Of a stretch of DNA of 64,000 bases, positions 1-16,090 are shown in pieces; within the stretch, counting starts at the first letter, position 1; each line of letters starts with the position of its first letter. The notes beneath the pieces were generated by a model. It had not been told where the DNA came from. It ran no database searches and worked only from the letters and a program-made list of their open reading frames with translations. The DNA is from Nitrospirales bacterium (lineage in GTDB: Bacteria > Nitrospirota > Nitrospiria > Nitrospirales > UBA8639), in NCBI GenBank assembly GCA_965203295.1, contig CBDBCZ010000012.1:192001-256000 (forward strand), in the 5' to 3' direction. A program made the translations under genes and the position numbers.

Positions 1-3000
1 TTATCTATATTTGTATACACGAGTAAACACAGGTATACACAAGTATACGCGGGTATACACACGTATACACATGTATTCAAATATATATACAAGTATACAT
101 AGGTAAAAAGTAAACACACATATTTACACCTGTACACAAGAGTAAACCCTGGTATAAAAAGGTTTACATGGGTATAAACTAGTATTACCAGGTATTCACA
201 AGTTTACACGGGTATACAAAAGTATACACAAGTTTACAGAAGTATACACAAGTACACGCATGTTTACACAGGTATACACAAGCATACAAATGCCCAAACA
301 TGTGTTCACGGATATCTACATTCGTATACACGAGTAAACACAGGTATACACAAGTACACGCGCGTATACACACATATGCACATGTATACACACGTATACA
401 CAAGTATACAAAGGGATTAAGAGGTATAAAAGGTAACTATATTTGCATACACGAGTAAACACAGGTATACAAAGGCTTATACGTTATGAACTAGTATTAC
501 CAGGGATTCACAAGTTTACACGGGTATACACAAGTATACACGGGTTTACAGAAGTATACACAAGTACACAAGTTTACACAGGTATACACAAGCATACAAA
601 TGCACAAACAGGTATTCACGGATATCTACATTTGTATACACGAGTAAACACAGGTACACACAAGTACACGCGCGTATACACACGTATGCACATGTATACA
701 CACGTATACACAAGCATATAGAGGTATAATAGTTATCTATATTTGTATACACGAGTAAACACAGGTATACACAAGTATACGCGGGTATATACACGTATAC
801 ACGTGTATTCAAATATATATACAAGTATACATAGGTAAAAAGTATACACACATATTTACACCTGTACACAAGAGTAAACCCTGGTATGAAAAGGTTTACA
901 TGGGTATAAACTAGTATTACCAGGTATTCACAAGTTTACACGGGTATACAAAAGTATACACAAGTTTACAGAAGTATACACAAGTACACGCATGTTTACA
1001 CAGGTATACACAAGCATACAAATGCCCAAACAGGTGTTCACGGATATCTACATTCGTATACACGAGTAAACACAGGTATACACGAGTACACGCGCGTATA
1101 CACACATATGCACATGTATACACACGTATACACAAGTATACACAAGCATAAAGAGGTATAACAGGTATCCATATTTGCATACACGAGTAAACACAGGTAT
1201 ACACAAGTATACGCGGGTATACACACGTATGCACATGTATACACATATATATACAACTATACACAGGTAAAAAGAAGTATACACAGGTATCTACACCTGT
1301 ACACATGGGTATACAAAGGCTTACACGGGTATAAACTAGTATTCACAAGTTTACATGGGTATACACAAGTATACACGAGTTTACAGAAGTATACACAAGT
1401 ACACGCATGTTTACACAGGTATACACAAGCATACAAATGGACAAAGAGCTATTCATGGATATCTACATTCGTATACATGAGTAAACACAGGTATACACGA
1501 GTATACGTGGGTATACATATGTATGCACATGTATACACACGTATACACCAGTATACACAGGTATAAAGCGGTGTACATGGGTATCAACATTTGTATACAC
1601 AAGTATACGCGGGTATACACACCTATGCACATGTATACACCGGCATACACAAGTATGCATAGGTATGACGAGGTATACACGGGTATCTACATTTGTATAC
1701 ACAAATGAACACCGCTATACACACGTATATGTGGGTATACACACGTGTGCACATGTATAAAAAGTTATACACAAGTATACACAGGTATAAAGAAGTATAC
1801 ACAGGTATCTACACCTGTACACATGAGTAAACACAGGTATACAAAGGCTTACACTGATATAAACTAGTATTACCAGGTTTTCACAAGTTTATACAGGTAT
1901 ATATACACAAATATACATAAGTATACACAGTATACATGTGTTTGAATGATTACACACAGGTATACAAATGGATACACGGGTATAAACTAGTATTACCAGG
2001 TGCACACAAGTTTACACGGTTATACACAGGTATACACAAGTATACATGACTTTACACGTGTATACACATGTATACACAGGTATATAACAGTATACACAAG
2101 TGTACACAAGTATACACGGGTTTACACAAGTATACACAGGTTCACACACATATCCACAGGTATACCAAGCATAAAAATTCACAAAAAGGTATTCAAGGAT
2201 ATCTACATTTGCATACACGTGTAAACACAGGCTTACACTGGTATAAACTAGTACTACCTGGCATTCACAAGTTTACACGGGTATGCACAAGTATACACGG
2301 GTTTACAGAAGTATACAAGTACACACCTGTTTAAACAGTTATACCAAGCATAGAAATTCACAAAAAGGTATTCAAGGACATCACTATTTGCATACACTAG
2401 TAAACACAGGTATACACAAGTACGCGCGCGTATACACACGTATACACTGTATACACAGATACACATAAGAATACTCTAGTATAAAGAGGTATACACGGGT
2501 ATATACTCTTGCATTCACATGTAAACACAGATATAAACAAGTCCACATGGGTATACGCATGTATACACACGTTTACACAAGTATACAAAGGGATTAAGAG
2601 GTATAAAAGGTAACTATATTTGCATACACGAGTAAACACAGGTATACAAAGGCTTACACGGTATGAACTAGTATTACCAGGTATTCACAAGTTTACACGG
2701 GTATACACAAGAATACACGGGTTTACAGAAGTATACACAAGTACACAAGTTTACACAGGTATACACAAGCATACAAATGCACAAACAGGTATTCACGGAT
2801 ATCTACATTCGTATACACGAGTAAACACAGGTACACACAAGTACACGCGCGTATACACACGTATGCACATGTATACACATGTATACACAAGCATTAAGAG
2901 GTATAATAGTTATCTATATTTGTATACACGAGTAAACACAGGTATACACAAGTATACGCGGGTATATACACGTATACACGTGTATTCAAATATATATACA

Positions 3001-6000
3001 AGTATACATAGGTAAAAAGTATACACACATATTTACACCTGTACACAAGAGTAAACCCTGGTATGAAAAGGTTTACATGGGTATAAACTAGTATTACCAG
3101 GTATTCACAAGTTTACACGGGTATACAAAAGTATACACAAGTTTACAGAAGTATACACAAGTACACGCATGTTTACACAGGTATACACAAGCATACAAAT
3201 GCCCAAACAGGTGTTCACGGATATCTACATTCGTATACACGAGTAAACACAGGTATACACAAGTACACGCGCGTATACACACATATGCACATGTATACAC
3301 ACGTATACACAAGTATACACAAGCATAAAGAGGTATAACAGGTATCCATATTTGCATACACGAGTAAACACAGGTATACACAAGTATACGCGGGTATACA
3401 CACGTATGCACATGTATACACATATATATACAACTATACACAGGTAAAAAAGTATACACAGGTATCTACACCTGTACACATGGGTATACAAAGGCTTACA
3501 CGGGTATAAACTAGTATTCACAAGTTTACATGGGTATACACAAGTATACACGAGTTTACAGAAGTATACACAAGTACACGCATGTTTACACAGGTATACA
3601 CAAGCATACAAATGGACAAAGAGCTATTCATGGATATCTACATTCGTATACATGAGTAAACACAGGTATACACGAGTATACGTGGGTATACATATGTATG
3701 CACATGTATACACACGTATACACCAGTATACACAGGTATAAAGCGGTGTACATGGGTATCAACATTTGTATACACAAGTATACGCGGGTATACACACCTA
3801 TGCACATGTATACACAGGCATACACAAGTATGCATAGGTATGACGAGGTATACACGGGTATCTACATTTGTATACACAAATGAACACCGGTATACACACG
3901 TATATGTGGGTATACACACGTGTGCACATGTATAAAAAGTTATACACAAGTATACACAGGTATAAAGAAGTATACACAGGTATCTACACCTGTACACATG
4001 AGTAAACACAGGTATACAAAGGCTTACACTGATATAAACTAGTATTACCAGGTTTTCACAAGTTTATACAGGTATATATACACAAATATACATAAGTATA
4101 CACAGTATACATGTGTTTGAATGATTACACACAGGTATACAAATGGATACACGGGTATAAACTAGTATTACCAGGTGCACACAAGTTTACACGGTTATAC
4201 ACAGGTATACACAAGTATACATGACTTTACACGTGTATACACATGTATACACAGGTATATAACAGTATACACAAGTGTACACAAGTATACACGGGTTTAC
4301 ACAAGTATACACAGGTTCACACACATATCCACAGGTATACCAAGCATAAAAATTCACAAAAAGGTATTCAAGGATATCTACATTTGCATACACGAGTAAA
4401 CACAGGCTTACACTGGTATAAACTAGTACTACCTGGCATTCACAAGTTTACACGGGTATGCACAAGTATACACGGGTTTACAGAAGTATACAAGTACACA
4501 CCTGTTTAAACAGTTATACCGAGCATAGAAATTCACAAAAAGGTATTCAAGGACATCACTATTTGCATACACTAGTAAATACAGGTATACACAAGTACGC
4601 GCGCGTATACACACGTATGCACTGTATACACAGATACACATAAGAATACTCTAGTATAAAGAGGTATACACGGGTATATACTCTTGCATTCACATGTAAA
4701 CACAGATATAAACAAGTCCACATGGGTATACGCATGTATACACACGTTTACACAAGTATACAAAGGGATTAAGAGGTATAAAAGGTAACTATATTTGCAT
4801 ACACGAGTAAACACAGGTATACAAAGGCTTACACGGTATGAACTAGTATTACCAGGTATTCACAAGTTTACACGGGTATACACAAGTATACACGGGTTTA
4901 CAGAAGTATACACAAGTACACAAGTTTACACAGGTATACACAAGCATACAAATGCACAAACAGGTATTCACAGATATCTACATTCGTATACACGAGTAAA
5001 CACAGGTACACACAAGTACACGCGCGTATACACACGTATGCACATGTATACACACGTATACACAAGCATTAAGAGGTATAATAGTTATCTATATTTGTAT
5101 ACACGAGTAAACACAGGTATACACAAGTATACGTGGGTATACACACGTATACACATGTATTCAAATATATATACAAGTATACATAGGTAAAAAGTATACA
5201 CACATATTTACACCTGTACACAAGAGTAAACTCTGGTATAAAAAGGTTTACATGGGTATAAACTAGTATTACCAGGTATTCACAAGTTTACACGGGTATA
5301 CAAAAGTATACACAAGTTTACAGAAGTATACACAAGTACACGCATGTTTACACAGGTATACACAAGCATACAAATGCCCAAACAGGTGTTCACGGATATC
5401 TACATTCGTATACACGAGTAAACACAGGTATACACAAGTACACGCGCGTATACACACATATGCACATGTATACACATGTATACACAAGTATACACAAGCA
5501 TAAAGAGGTATAACAGGTATCCATATTTGCATACACGAGTAAACACAGGTATACACAAGTATACGCGGGTATACACACGTATGCACATGTATACACATAT
5601 ATATACAACTATACACAGGTAAAAAGAAGTATACACAGGTATCTACACCTGTACACATGGGTATACAAAGGCTTACATGGGTATAAACTAGTATTCACAA
5701 GTTTACATGGGTATACACAAGTATACACGAGTTTACAGAAGTATACACAAGTACACGCATGTTTACACAGGTATACACAAGCATACAAATGGACAAAGAG
5801 CTATTTATGGATATCTACATTCGTATACATGAGTAAACACAGGTATGCACGAGTATACGTGGGTATACATATGTATGCACATGTATACACACGTATACAC
5901 AAGTATACACAGTTATAAAGCGGTGTACATGGGTATCAACATTTGTATACACAAGTATACGCGGGTATACACACCTATGCACATGTATACACAGGCATAC

Positions 6001-9000
6001 ACAAGTATGCATAGGTATGACGAGGTATACACGGGTATCTACATTTGTATACACAAATGAACACCGGTATACACACGTATATGTGGGTATACACACGTGT
6101 GCACATGTATAAAAAGTTATACACAAGTATACACAGGTATAAAGAAGTATACACAGGTATCTACACCTGTACACATGAGTAAACACAGGTATACAAAGGC
6201 TTACACTGATATAAACTAGTATTACCAGGTTTTCACAAGTTTATACAGGTATATATACACAAATATACATAAGTATACACAGTATACATGTGTTTGAATG
6301 ATTACACACAGGTATACAAATGGATACACGGGTATAAACTAGTATTACCAGGTGCACACAAGTTTACACGGGTATACACAGGTATACACAAGTATACATG
6401 ACTTTACACGTGTATACACATGTATACACAGGTATATAACACTATACACAAGTGTACACAAGTATACACGGGTTTACACAAGTATACACAGGTTCACACA
6501 CATATCCACAGGTATACCAAGCATAGAAATTCACAAAAAGGTATTCAAGGATATCTACATTTGCATACACGAGTAAACACAGGCTTACACTGGTATAAAC
6601 TAGTGTAAGCACACGTATACACATGTATTCAAATATATATACAAGTATACATAGGTAAAAAGTATACACACATATTTACACCTGTACACAAGAGTAAACC
6701 CTGGTATAAAAAGGTTTACATGGGTATAAACTAGTATTACCAGGTATTCACAAGTTTACACGGGTATACAAAAGTATACACAAGTTTACAGAAGTATACA
6801 CAAGTACACGCATGTTTACACAGGTATATACAAGCATACAAATGCCCAAACAGGTGTTCACGGATATCTACATACGTATACACGAGTAAACACAGGTATA
6901 CACAAGTATACGCAGGTATACACACGTATGCACATGTATACACATATATATACAACTATACACAGGTAAAAAGAAGTATACACAGGTATCTACACCTGTA
7001 CACATGGGTATACAAAGGCTTACACGGGTATAAACTAGTATTCACAAGTTTACATGGGTATACACAAGTATACACGAGTTTACAGAAGTATACACAAGTA
7101 CACGCATGTTTACACAGGTATACACAAGCATACAAATGGACAAAGAGCTATTCATGGATATCTACATTCGTATACATGAGTAAACACAGGTATACACGAG
7201 TATACGTGGGTATACATATGTATGCACATGTATACACACGTATACACAAGTATACACAGGTATAAAGCGGTATATATGGGTATCAACATTTGTATACACA
7301 AGTATGCATAGGTATGACGATGTATACACGGGTATCTACATTTGTATACACAAATGAACACCGGTATACACACGTATATGTGGGTATACACACGTGTGCA
7401 CATGTATAAAAAGTTATACACAAGTATACACAGGTATAAAAAAGTATACACAGGTATCTATACCTGTACACATGAGTAAACACTGGTATACAAAGGCTTA
7501 CACTGATATAAACTAGTATTACCAGGTATTCACAAGTTTACACGGGTACACACAAGTATACAAGGGTTTACAGAAGTATACACAAGTACACATGTTGTAA
7601 ACACGAGTAATCACATGTATACACAAGCATACGCAGGTATATACACGTATACAAATGTATATACAGATATACACAAGTATGCACAGATATATACAGGTAT
7701 ACAATTGTATCTACACTTGTATGCACGAGCATACATGGTCAACTACATTTGTATACACAAGTATTCACGGGTATAAACACGTATGCACATGTATATAATG
7801 ATATACACAAGTATGCACAGATATACAGGTATACAGTAGTATCTACATTTGTATGCACGAGTAAACAGAAATACACAAGTATCTGAAGATATACACAAGT
7901 ACGCAAATGTATGCACAGGTATTCTTAAGTACACACAGGTATACACTCGTAACTACATTTGTATACCCGAGTAAACACGGGTATACACAAGTACACGTGG
8001 GTATACACACATATGCGCATGTATACACACGTTTACACAAGTATACAAAGGGATTAAGAGGTATAAAAGGTAACTATATTTGCATACACGAGTAAACACA
8101 GGTATACAAAGGCTTACACGGTATGAACTAGTATTACCAGGTATTCACAAGTTTACACGGGTATACACAAGTATACACGGGTTTACAGAAGTATACACAA
8201 GTACACAAGTTTACACAGGTATACACAAGCATACAAATGCACAAACAGGTATTCACGGATATCTACATTCGTATACACGAGTAAACATAGATACACACAA
8301 GTACACGCGCGTATACACACGTATGCACATGTATACACACGTATACACAAGCATTAAGAGGTATAATAGTTATCTATATTTGTATACACGAGTAAACACA
8401 GGTATACACAAGTATACGCGGGTATACACACGTATACACATGTATTCAAATATATATACAAGTATACATAGGTAAAAAGTATACACACATATTTACACCT
8501 GTACACAAGAGTAAACCCTGGTATAAAAAGGTTTACATGGGTATAAACTAGTATTACCAGGTGTTCACAAGTTTACACGGGTATACAAAAGTATACACAA
8601 GTTTACAGAAGTATACACAAGTACACGCATGTTTACACAGGTATATACAAGCATACAAATGCCCAAACAGGTGTTCACGGATATCTACATTCGTATACAC
8701 GAGTAAACACAGGTATACACAAGTATACGCAGGTATACACACGTATGCACATGTATACACATATATATACAACTATACACATGTAAAAAGAAGTATACAC
8801 AGGTATCTACACCTGTACACATGGGTATACAAAGGCTTACACGGGTATAAACTAGTATTCACAAGTTTACATGGGTATACACAAGTATACACGAGTTTAC
8901 AGAAGTATACACAAGTACACGCAAGTTTACACAGGTATACACAAGCATACAAATGGACAAAGAGCTATTCATGGATATCTACATTCGTATACATGAGTAA

Positions 9001-9968
9001 ACACAGGTATACACGAGTATACGTGGGTATACATATGTATGCACATGTATACACACGTATACACAAGTATACACAGGTATAAAGCGGTATATATGGGTAT
9101 CAACATTTGTATACACAAGTATGCATAGGTATGACGAGGTATACACGGGTATCTACATTTGTATACACAAATGAACACCGGTATACACACGTATATGTGG
9201 GTATACACACGTGTGCACATGTATAAAAAGTTATACACAAGTATACACAGGTATAAAAAAGTATACACAGGTATCTATACCTGTACACATGAGTAAACAC
9301 TGGTATACAAAGGCTTACACTGATATAAACTAGTATTACCAGGTATTCACAAGTTTACACGGGTACACACAAGTATACAAGGGTTTACAGAAGTATACAC
9401 AAGTACACATGTTGTAAACACGAGTAAACACATGTATACACAAGCATACGCAGGTATATACACGTATGCAAATGTATATACAGATATACACAAGTATGCA
9501 CAGATATATACAGGTATACAATTGTATCTACACTTGTATGCACGAGCATACATGGTCAACTACATTTGTATACACAAGTATTCACGGGTATAAACACGTA
9601 TGCACATGTATATAATGATATACACAAGTATGCACAGATATACAGGTATACAATAGTATCTACATTTGTATGCACGAGTAAACAGAAATACACAAGTATC
9701 TGAAGATATACACAAGTACGCAAATGTATACACAGGTATTCTTAAGTACACACAGGTATACACTAGTAACTACATTTGTATACCCGAGTAAACACGGGTA
9801 TACACAAGTACACGTGGGTATACACACATATGCGCATGTATACACACGTTTACACAAGTATACAAAGGGATTAAGAGGTATAAAAGGTAACTATATTTGC
9901 ATACATGAGTAAACACAGGTATACACAAGTATACGCGGGTATACACACGTATGCACATGTATACACAT

Positions 9969-10293
9969 TTGTACCATAATGCACCTCTACATGAAAGGCA
10001 CCGCCCAGGGTATATCAGCCATACACCCTAGCGGCTCGTTTGAACTGTCAATATACCCTAGGGTATATGGTTGCCAGGCAACTAATGCTTCTCCATTAGC
10101 GCTTGTCATAACTAACAGCGTTTGTAATTGTATTATGGTACAAGTCAGCTGTACCATGGGTTTCTAGGGTGTATGGGTTTGTACTCTTCGTGCAGTTATA
10201 TGTATTCCCTCGGGCTGCGCCCTCGGGAATACATATAACTGCCCTCAGAGTACAAATCCCATACACCCTAGAAACCCATGGTACAACTATTAC
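9969..10293 (+). mobile_element. 325-bp non-autonomous element: 12-bp IR-bounded cassette plus ~135-bp palindrome (possibly Crypton-like)
   Basis: IR ttgtaccataat 9969-9980 / attatggtacaa 10132-10143; palindrome ~10150-10285 centred on ccctcgggctgcgccctcggg. Second copy at 33323-33647 with 3 differences by eye. Confidence 0.85.
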
Positions 10294-13079
10294 ATATACA
10301 ACTATACACAAGTAAAAAAGTATACACAGGTATCTACACCTGTACACATGAGTAAACCCAGGTATACAAAGGCTTACACGCGTATAAACTAGTATTACCA
10401 GGTATTCACAAGTTTACACGGGTATACACAAGTATACACGAGTTTACAGAAGTATACACAAGTACACGCATGTTTACACAGGTATACACAAGCATACAAA
10501 TGGACAAAGAGCTATTTATGGATATCTACATTCAGTAAACACAGGTATACACGAGTATATGTGGGCATACATACGTATGCGCATGTATACATACGTATAC
10601 GCGAGTATACACAGGTATAAAGCGGTATATATGGGTACATTTGCATACAAAAGTATACGCGGGTATACACACCTATGCACATGTATACACAGGTATACAC
10701 AAGTATGCATAGGTATGAGGAGGTATACACGGGTATCTACATTTATACACAAATGAACACCGGTATACACACGTATATGTGGGTATACACACGTGTGCAC
10801 ATGTATACAAAGTTATACACAAGTATACACTGGTATAAAGAAGTATACACAGGTATCTACACCTGTACACATGAGTAAACACAGGTATACAAAGGTTTAG
10901 ACTGGTACAAACTGGTATTACCAGGTATTCACAAGTTTACACGGGTACACAAGTATACAAGGGTTTACAGAAGTATACACAAGTACACATGTTTACACAG
11001 GTATACACAAGCATACAAATGCACAGAGGTATTCACGGATATCTACATTCTTATACACGAGTAAACACTGGTATACAAAAGTATACGTGGGTATACATAC
11101 GTATGCACATGCATACAAAGGTATACACAGGTATACACAGGTATAAAGAGGTATATATGTGTATCTACATTTGTATACATACGTATACGCAGGTATACAC
11201 ACGTATGCACATATATACACGTGGTATACATAAGTATAAGCAAGCATACATGGTCAACTACATTTGTATACACAAGTAAACAAAGGTATACACAAGTATA
11301 CGCGGGTATAAACACGTATGCACATGTATATACAGATATACACAAGTATGCACAGGTATAAAGAAGTATACACAGGTATCTACACCTGTACACATGAGTA
11401 AACACAGGTATACAAAGGCTTAATTACACTTGTACGAACTGGTATTACCAGGTATTCACAAGTTTACACGGGTACACACAAGTATACAAGGGTTTACAGA
11501 AGTATACACAAGTACACATGTTTACACAGGTATACACAAGCATACAAATGCACAGAGGTATTCACGGATATCTACATTCTTATACACGAGTAAACACTGG
11601 TATACAAAAGTATACATGGGTATACATACGTATGCACATGCATACAAAGGTATACACAGGTATACACAAGTATAAAGAGGTATATATGTGTATCTACATT
11701 TGTATACATACGTATACGCAGGTATACACACGTATGCACATATAGACACGTGGTATACATAAGTATAAGCAAGCATACATGGTCAACTACATTTGTATAC
11801 ACAAGTAAACAAAGGTATACACAAGTATACGTGGGTATAAACACGTATGCACATGTATATACAGATATATACAAGTATGCACAGATATATACAGGTATAC
11901 AGTAGTATCTACATTTGTAAGCACGAGTAAACAGGAATACACAAGTTTCTAAAGGTACACACAAGTACGCAAATGTATACACAGGTATTCTCAAATACAC
12001 ACAGATATACACTAGTACCTACACTTGTATACCCGAGTAAACACGGGTATACACAAGTACACGTGGGTATACACACATATGCACATGTATACACACGTTT
12101 ACACAAGTATGCACAGGGATTAAGAGGTATAAAAGGTAACTATATTTGCATACACGAGTAAACACAGGAATACAAAGGCTTACACGGTATGAACCAGTAT
12201 TACCAGGTATTTACAAGTTTACACGTGTATACACAAGTATACACGGATTTACAGAAGTATACACAAGTACACGCATGTTTACACAAGCATACAAATGCAC
12301 AAACAGGTATTCACGGATATCTACATTCGTATACACGAGTAAACACAGGTATACACAATTACACGCGCGTATACATACGTGTGCACATGTATACACACGT
12401 ATACACAAGTATACACAGGTATAAAGCGGTATATATGGGAATCAACATTTATATACACAAGTATACGCGGGTATACATACCTATGCACATGTATACACAG
12501 GTATACACAAGTATGCATAGGTATGAAGAGGTATACATGGGTATCTACATTTGTATACACAAATGAACACCGGTATACACACGTATATGCGATTATACAC
12601 ACGTGTGCACAAGTATACAAAGTTATACACAAGTATACACAGGTATAAAGAAGTATACACAGGTATCTACACCTGTACACATGAGTAAACACAGGTATAC
12701 AAAGGCTTACACTGGTATAAACTAGTATTACCAGGTTTTCACAAGTTTATACAGGTATATATACACAAATATACATAAGTATACACAGTATACATGTGTT
12801 TGAATGATTACACACAGGTATACAAATGGATACACGAGTATAAACTAGTATTACCAGGTGCACACAAGTTTACACGGGTATACACAGGTATACACAAGTA
12901 TACATGACTTTACACGTGTATACACATGTATACGCAGGTATGTAACAGTATACACAAGTGTACACAAGAATACACGGGTTTACACAATTATACACAAGTA
13001 CACACACATATCCACAGGTATACCAAGCATAGAAATTCACAAAGAAGTATTCAAGGATATCTATATTTGCATACACGAG

Positions 13080-14233
13080 TGTAACGGACTGTTAACTGCG
13101 TCACTATGTGTGTTCTTTTGATGTGTAGTTAGTGTGAAGTACTGTTAATAGGTGCTAGTGTTAGGTATTTTGTTTGTCTCTGTTGTAGTAGGTGTGATTT
13201 CCATCGCTAGGCTCTTCAGTATTTAAGTGTTGGTCATTGTAGAGTGTTCGTCTTTAGTCCTCCATCAGTATCTGGTTTTGGTGTCGAAAAGTAGAGCTCG
13301 GTCCGCTACAGTTGGCGGCAGCGGTGGGATTCACTGCTCGCCAGTCGGCGGCAGGGCCCATACGCGAATGCAGCAGAACAGTTCAGTACGAGGAGCGAGC
13401 AGGTTGTTTTAAAGAGTGAGCGACGGCCGGCAAGCATAACGCAGGTGATGAGCGAGCAACGGCTACCCAGAGAGAGGCCAGTGTAAAATGTTTAGAGAGT
13501 GTAAGCCGCCAAGAGTGCAAAGGTCGCTAGGAGCAAGGGCCGCAAGAGGGCAAGGAGTGCCTGAGAGAGAGATAGGATCGCTGAGGGGCGAAAGCAGGTG
13601 TCAGAGGGGTCAGGAGGACCGCCTATGTGTGGACGCCTATACGTGGAGTTGCCGGAAGGAGAGTGCAGAGGGCATGTGTTGCCAAGCATTTGGGGCCGTG
13701 CGTTACATCGAGAGAAGCCGTTGCGGAAAGCCGTGTAGTTTACCGCTGAGAGTGTGTGCACATGTACCCGTACCGTGTGTATGTGTTACCGGACTGGGGT
13801 TGCTACGTGAAGAAGCGGAGAACTGGAGAGTATCGTAGATTAGAGAGTGCTACGAGAACTCGGAAGAGTCTACAGAGAGCTGCACAAGGAAGAGAGATCG
13901 AATAGAGCCCACGAGAAGCAAAGGAGAAGTGCCATCAAAGAGTTCAGAAGAGGCTGCACCTGTTTCAGCAAACTAGTTTGCTGCCGGAGAAGGAGTGAGA
14001 GGTGTAACGGACTGTTAACTGTGTCACTATGTGTGTTCTATTGATGTGTAGTTAGTGTGAAGTACTGTTAATAGGTGCTAGTGTTAGGTATTTTGTTTGT
14101 CTCTGTTGTAGTAGGTGTGATTTCCATTGCTAGGCTCTTCAGTATTTAAGTGTCGGTTATTGTACAGTGTTTGTCTTTAGTCCTCCCTCAGTATCTGGTT
14201 TTGGTGTCGAAAAGTAGAGCTCGGTCCGCTACA
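13080..14233 (+). mobile_element. Non-autonomous LTR retrotransposon (TRIM-like), 1154 bp
   Basis: 231-bp LTRs 13080-13310 and 14003-14233 (TG...CA); 5-bp TSD acgag; PBS tggcggcagcggtgggattc 13313-13332 matching a tRNA-Leu 3' end; purine tract ggagaaggagtgagagg before the 3' LTR; no pol ORF. Confidence 0.95.
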
Positions 14234-14782
14234 ACGAGTAAACACAGGTATACACAAGTGTACGCGGGTATACAGACGTATGCACTGTATGCACAGACAC
14301 ACATAAGTATACTCTAGTATAAAGAGGTATACACGGGTATATACTCTTGCATTCACAAGTAAACACAGGTATAAACAAGTCTACGTGAGTATACACATGT
14401 ATGCAGATGTATACACAGGTATACACAAGTATACACTGGTGTAAAGAGGTATAAACGGGTATCTACACTTGTATACACGAGTAAACACAGGTATACACAA
14501 GGATAAATGGTTATACATACGTATGCACATGTATACAAAGGTATACACAGGTATACACAGGTATAAAGAGGTATATATGTGTATCTACATTTGTATACAT
14601 ACGTATGCGTAGGTATACACATGTATGCACATATATACACGTGGTATACATAAGTGTAAACAAGTATACACGGTTAACTACCATTTGTATACACGAGTAA
14701 ACACATGTATACACAAGTATACGTGAGTATACACACGTATGTACATGTATTACAGATACACACAAGTATGCACAGATATATA

Positions 14783-15434
14783 TATTATTACATGAGTGAG
14801 AGGGTACTATGGATAGGTTTTGCACGAGTGTGTAGGTATTTTCTTCGAGCCGAAGGCGAGGGAAAATACTACACAAGAGTGCAATGCCTAGACATATCAT
14901 CCTCTCCCGAGTGTAATGATAGATTTATTATATACTATCTCCAAGCAGTTTTGCTAGGTTGACAAACTCACTGCCAAACAAAGCCACGCCTACCGTAACG
15001 TAAAGGACGATTGGATACACAGCAGCAACGTATAGCAAAGCGCAAAATAGCTCTTACAAACTACGAAAGAGAAAAAGGCTTGCAACTGTAGGCTAGATTA
15101 ACTTTATTTATCTTGGAGAGCTACTCGACAATAAATAACGGCTGGTGGGACGAGTGGGAGGGGTCACTGAACGACACTATGACCTAGCCTTTCACTTCTT
15201 TTTTACTTAGACGGCTCCTCTACGACAGAAGCATTCCTTTCGCCAGCTTTTTGTAGCTGAGTAGCTTCCATTGCTTCAATAAACTATAACTTCACTGTAA
15301 ATTTTTACTGTAGACTAAACGCGCACGCGCTCTGCCCACGCAAAAGGCAATAACGGGTAGGCAATACGGGGGAATATTACCTATCCGGTCTATAGGAAAA
15401 TATTGTTAGTACACCTGGCAGTATATAATAAATA
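14783..15434 (-). mobile_element. ~650-bp hairpin plus IR-cassette element (same architecture as 9969-10293)
   Basis: Imperfect palindrome ~14785-14920 with apex cgagccgaaggcgag (14846-14860); 14-bp IR atttattatatact 14923-14936 / agtatataataaat 15420-15433; satellite resumes on both sides. Confidence 0.7.
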
Positions 15435-16090
15435 GAGGTATACACTAGTATCTACATTTGTATGCACGAGTAAACAGGAATACACAAGTATACGAGGGTA
15501 TACACAAGTACGCAAATGTATACACAGGTGTTCTCAAGTACACACAGGTATACACGAGTATCTACATTTGTATACATGAGTAAACACAGGTATACACAAG
15601 TACATGCAGGTATACACACGTATGCACATGTATACACACGTATACACAAGTATACACAGGTATAACAGGTATCTATATTTGCATACATGAGTAAACACAG
15701 GTATACACAAGTATACGCGGGTATACACATGTATGCACATGTATACACATTATATACAAGTATACACAGGTATAAAGAAGTATACACGGTATCTACACCT
15801 GTACACATGAGTAAACACAGGTATACAAAGGCTTACACGGGTATAAACTAGCATTACCAGGTATTCACAAGTTTACGCACGTATACACAAGTATACAAGG
15901 GTTTACACAGGTATACACAAGTATACACATGTTTACACAGGTATACACAAGCATACAAATGCACAGAGAGGTATTCACGGATATCTACATTCGTATACAC
16001 GAGTAAACAGTTATACACAAGTTTGCACACATGTAAAAAAAATTCTGACTGTGTGGCAACAAAGCAAGGGCCACACATGCAGTTATGTAA

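Larger units (their letters stand above)
1..16030. repeat. Complex satellite array: 10-bp GTATACACAR-type monomers, ~100-150 bp subunits, higher-order repeats
   Basis: Continuous gtatacacaa/gtatacacag/gtatacacgg variants. Matching spurious ORFs recur at offsets 2177/2175 (443, 2620, 4795; 2000, 4175, 6352), 1817 (6737, 8554; 7152, 8969) and 529 (10989, 11518). Runs off the left edge. Confidence 0.98.

Noticed and set aside
13488..14044. gag-like ORFs inside the LTR element
   Set aside because: Short, with no convincing capsid or CCHC motif.
185..15808. Dozens of Y/T/V/C/H-rich ORFs
   Set aside because: Translations of the stop-poor satellite on both strands; no coding signal.
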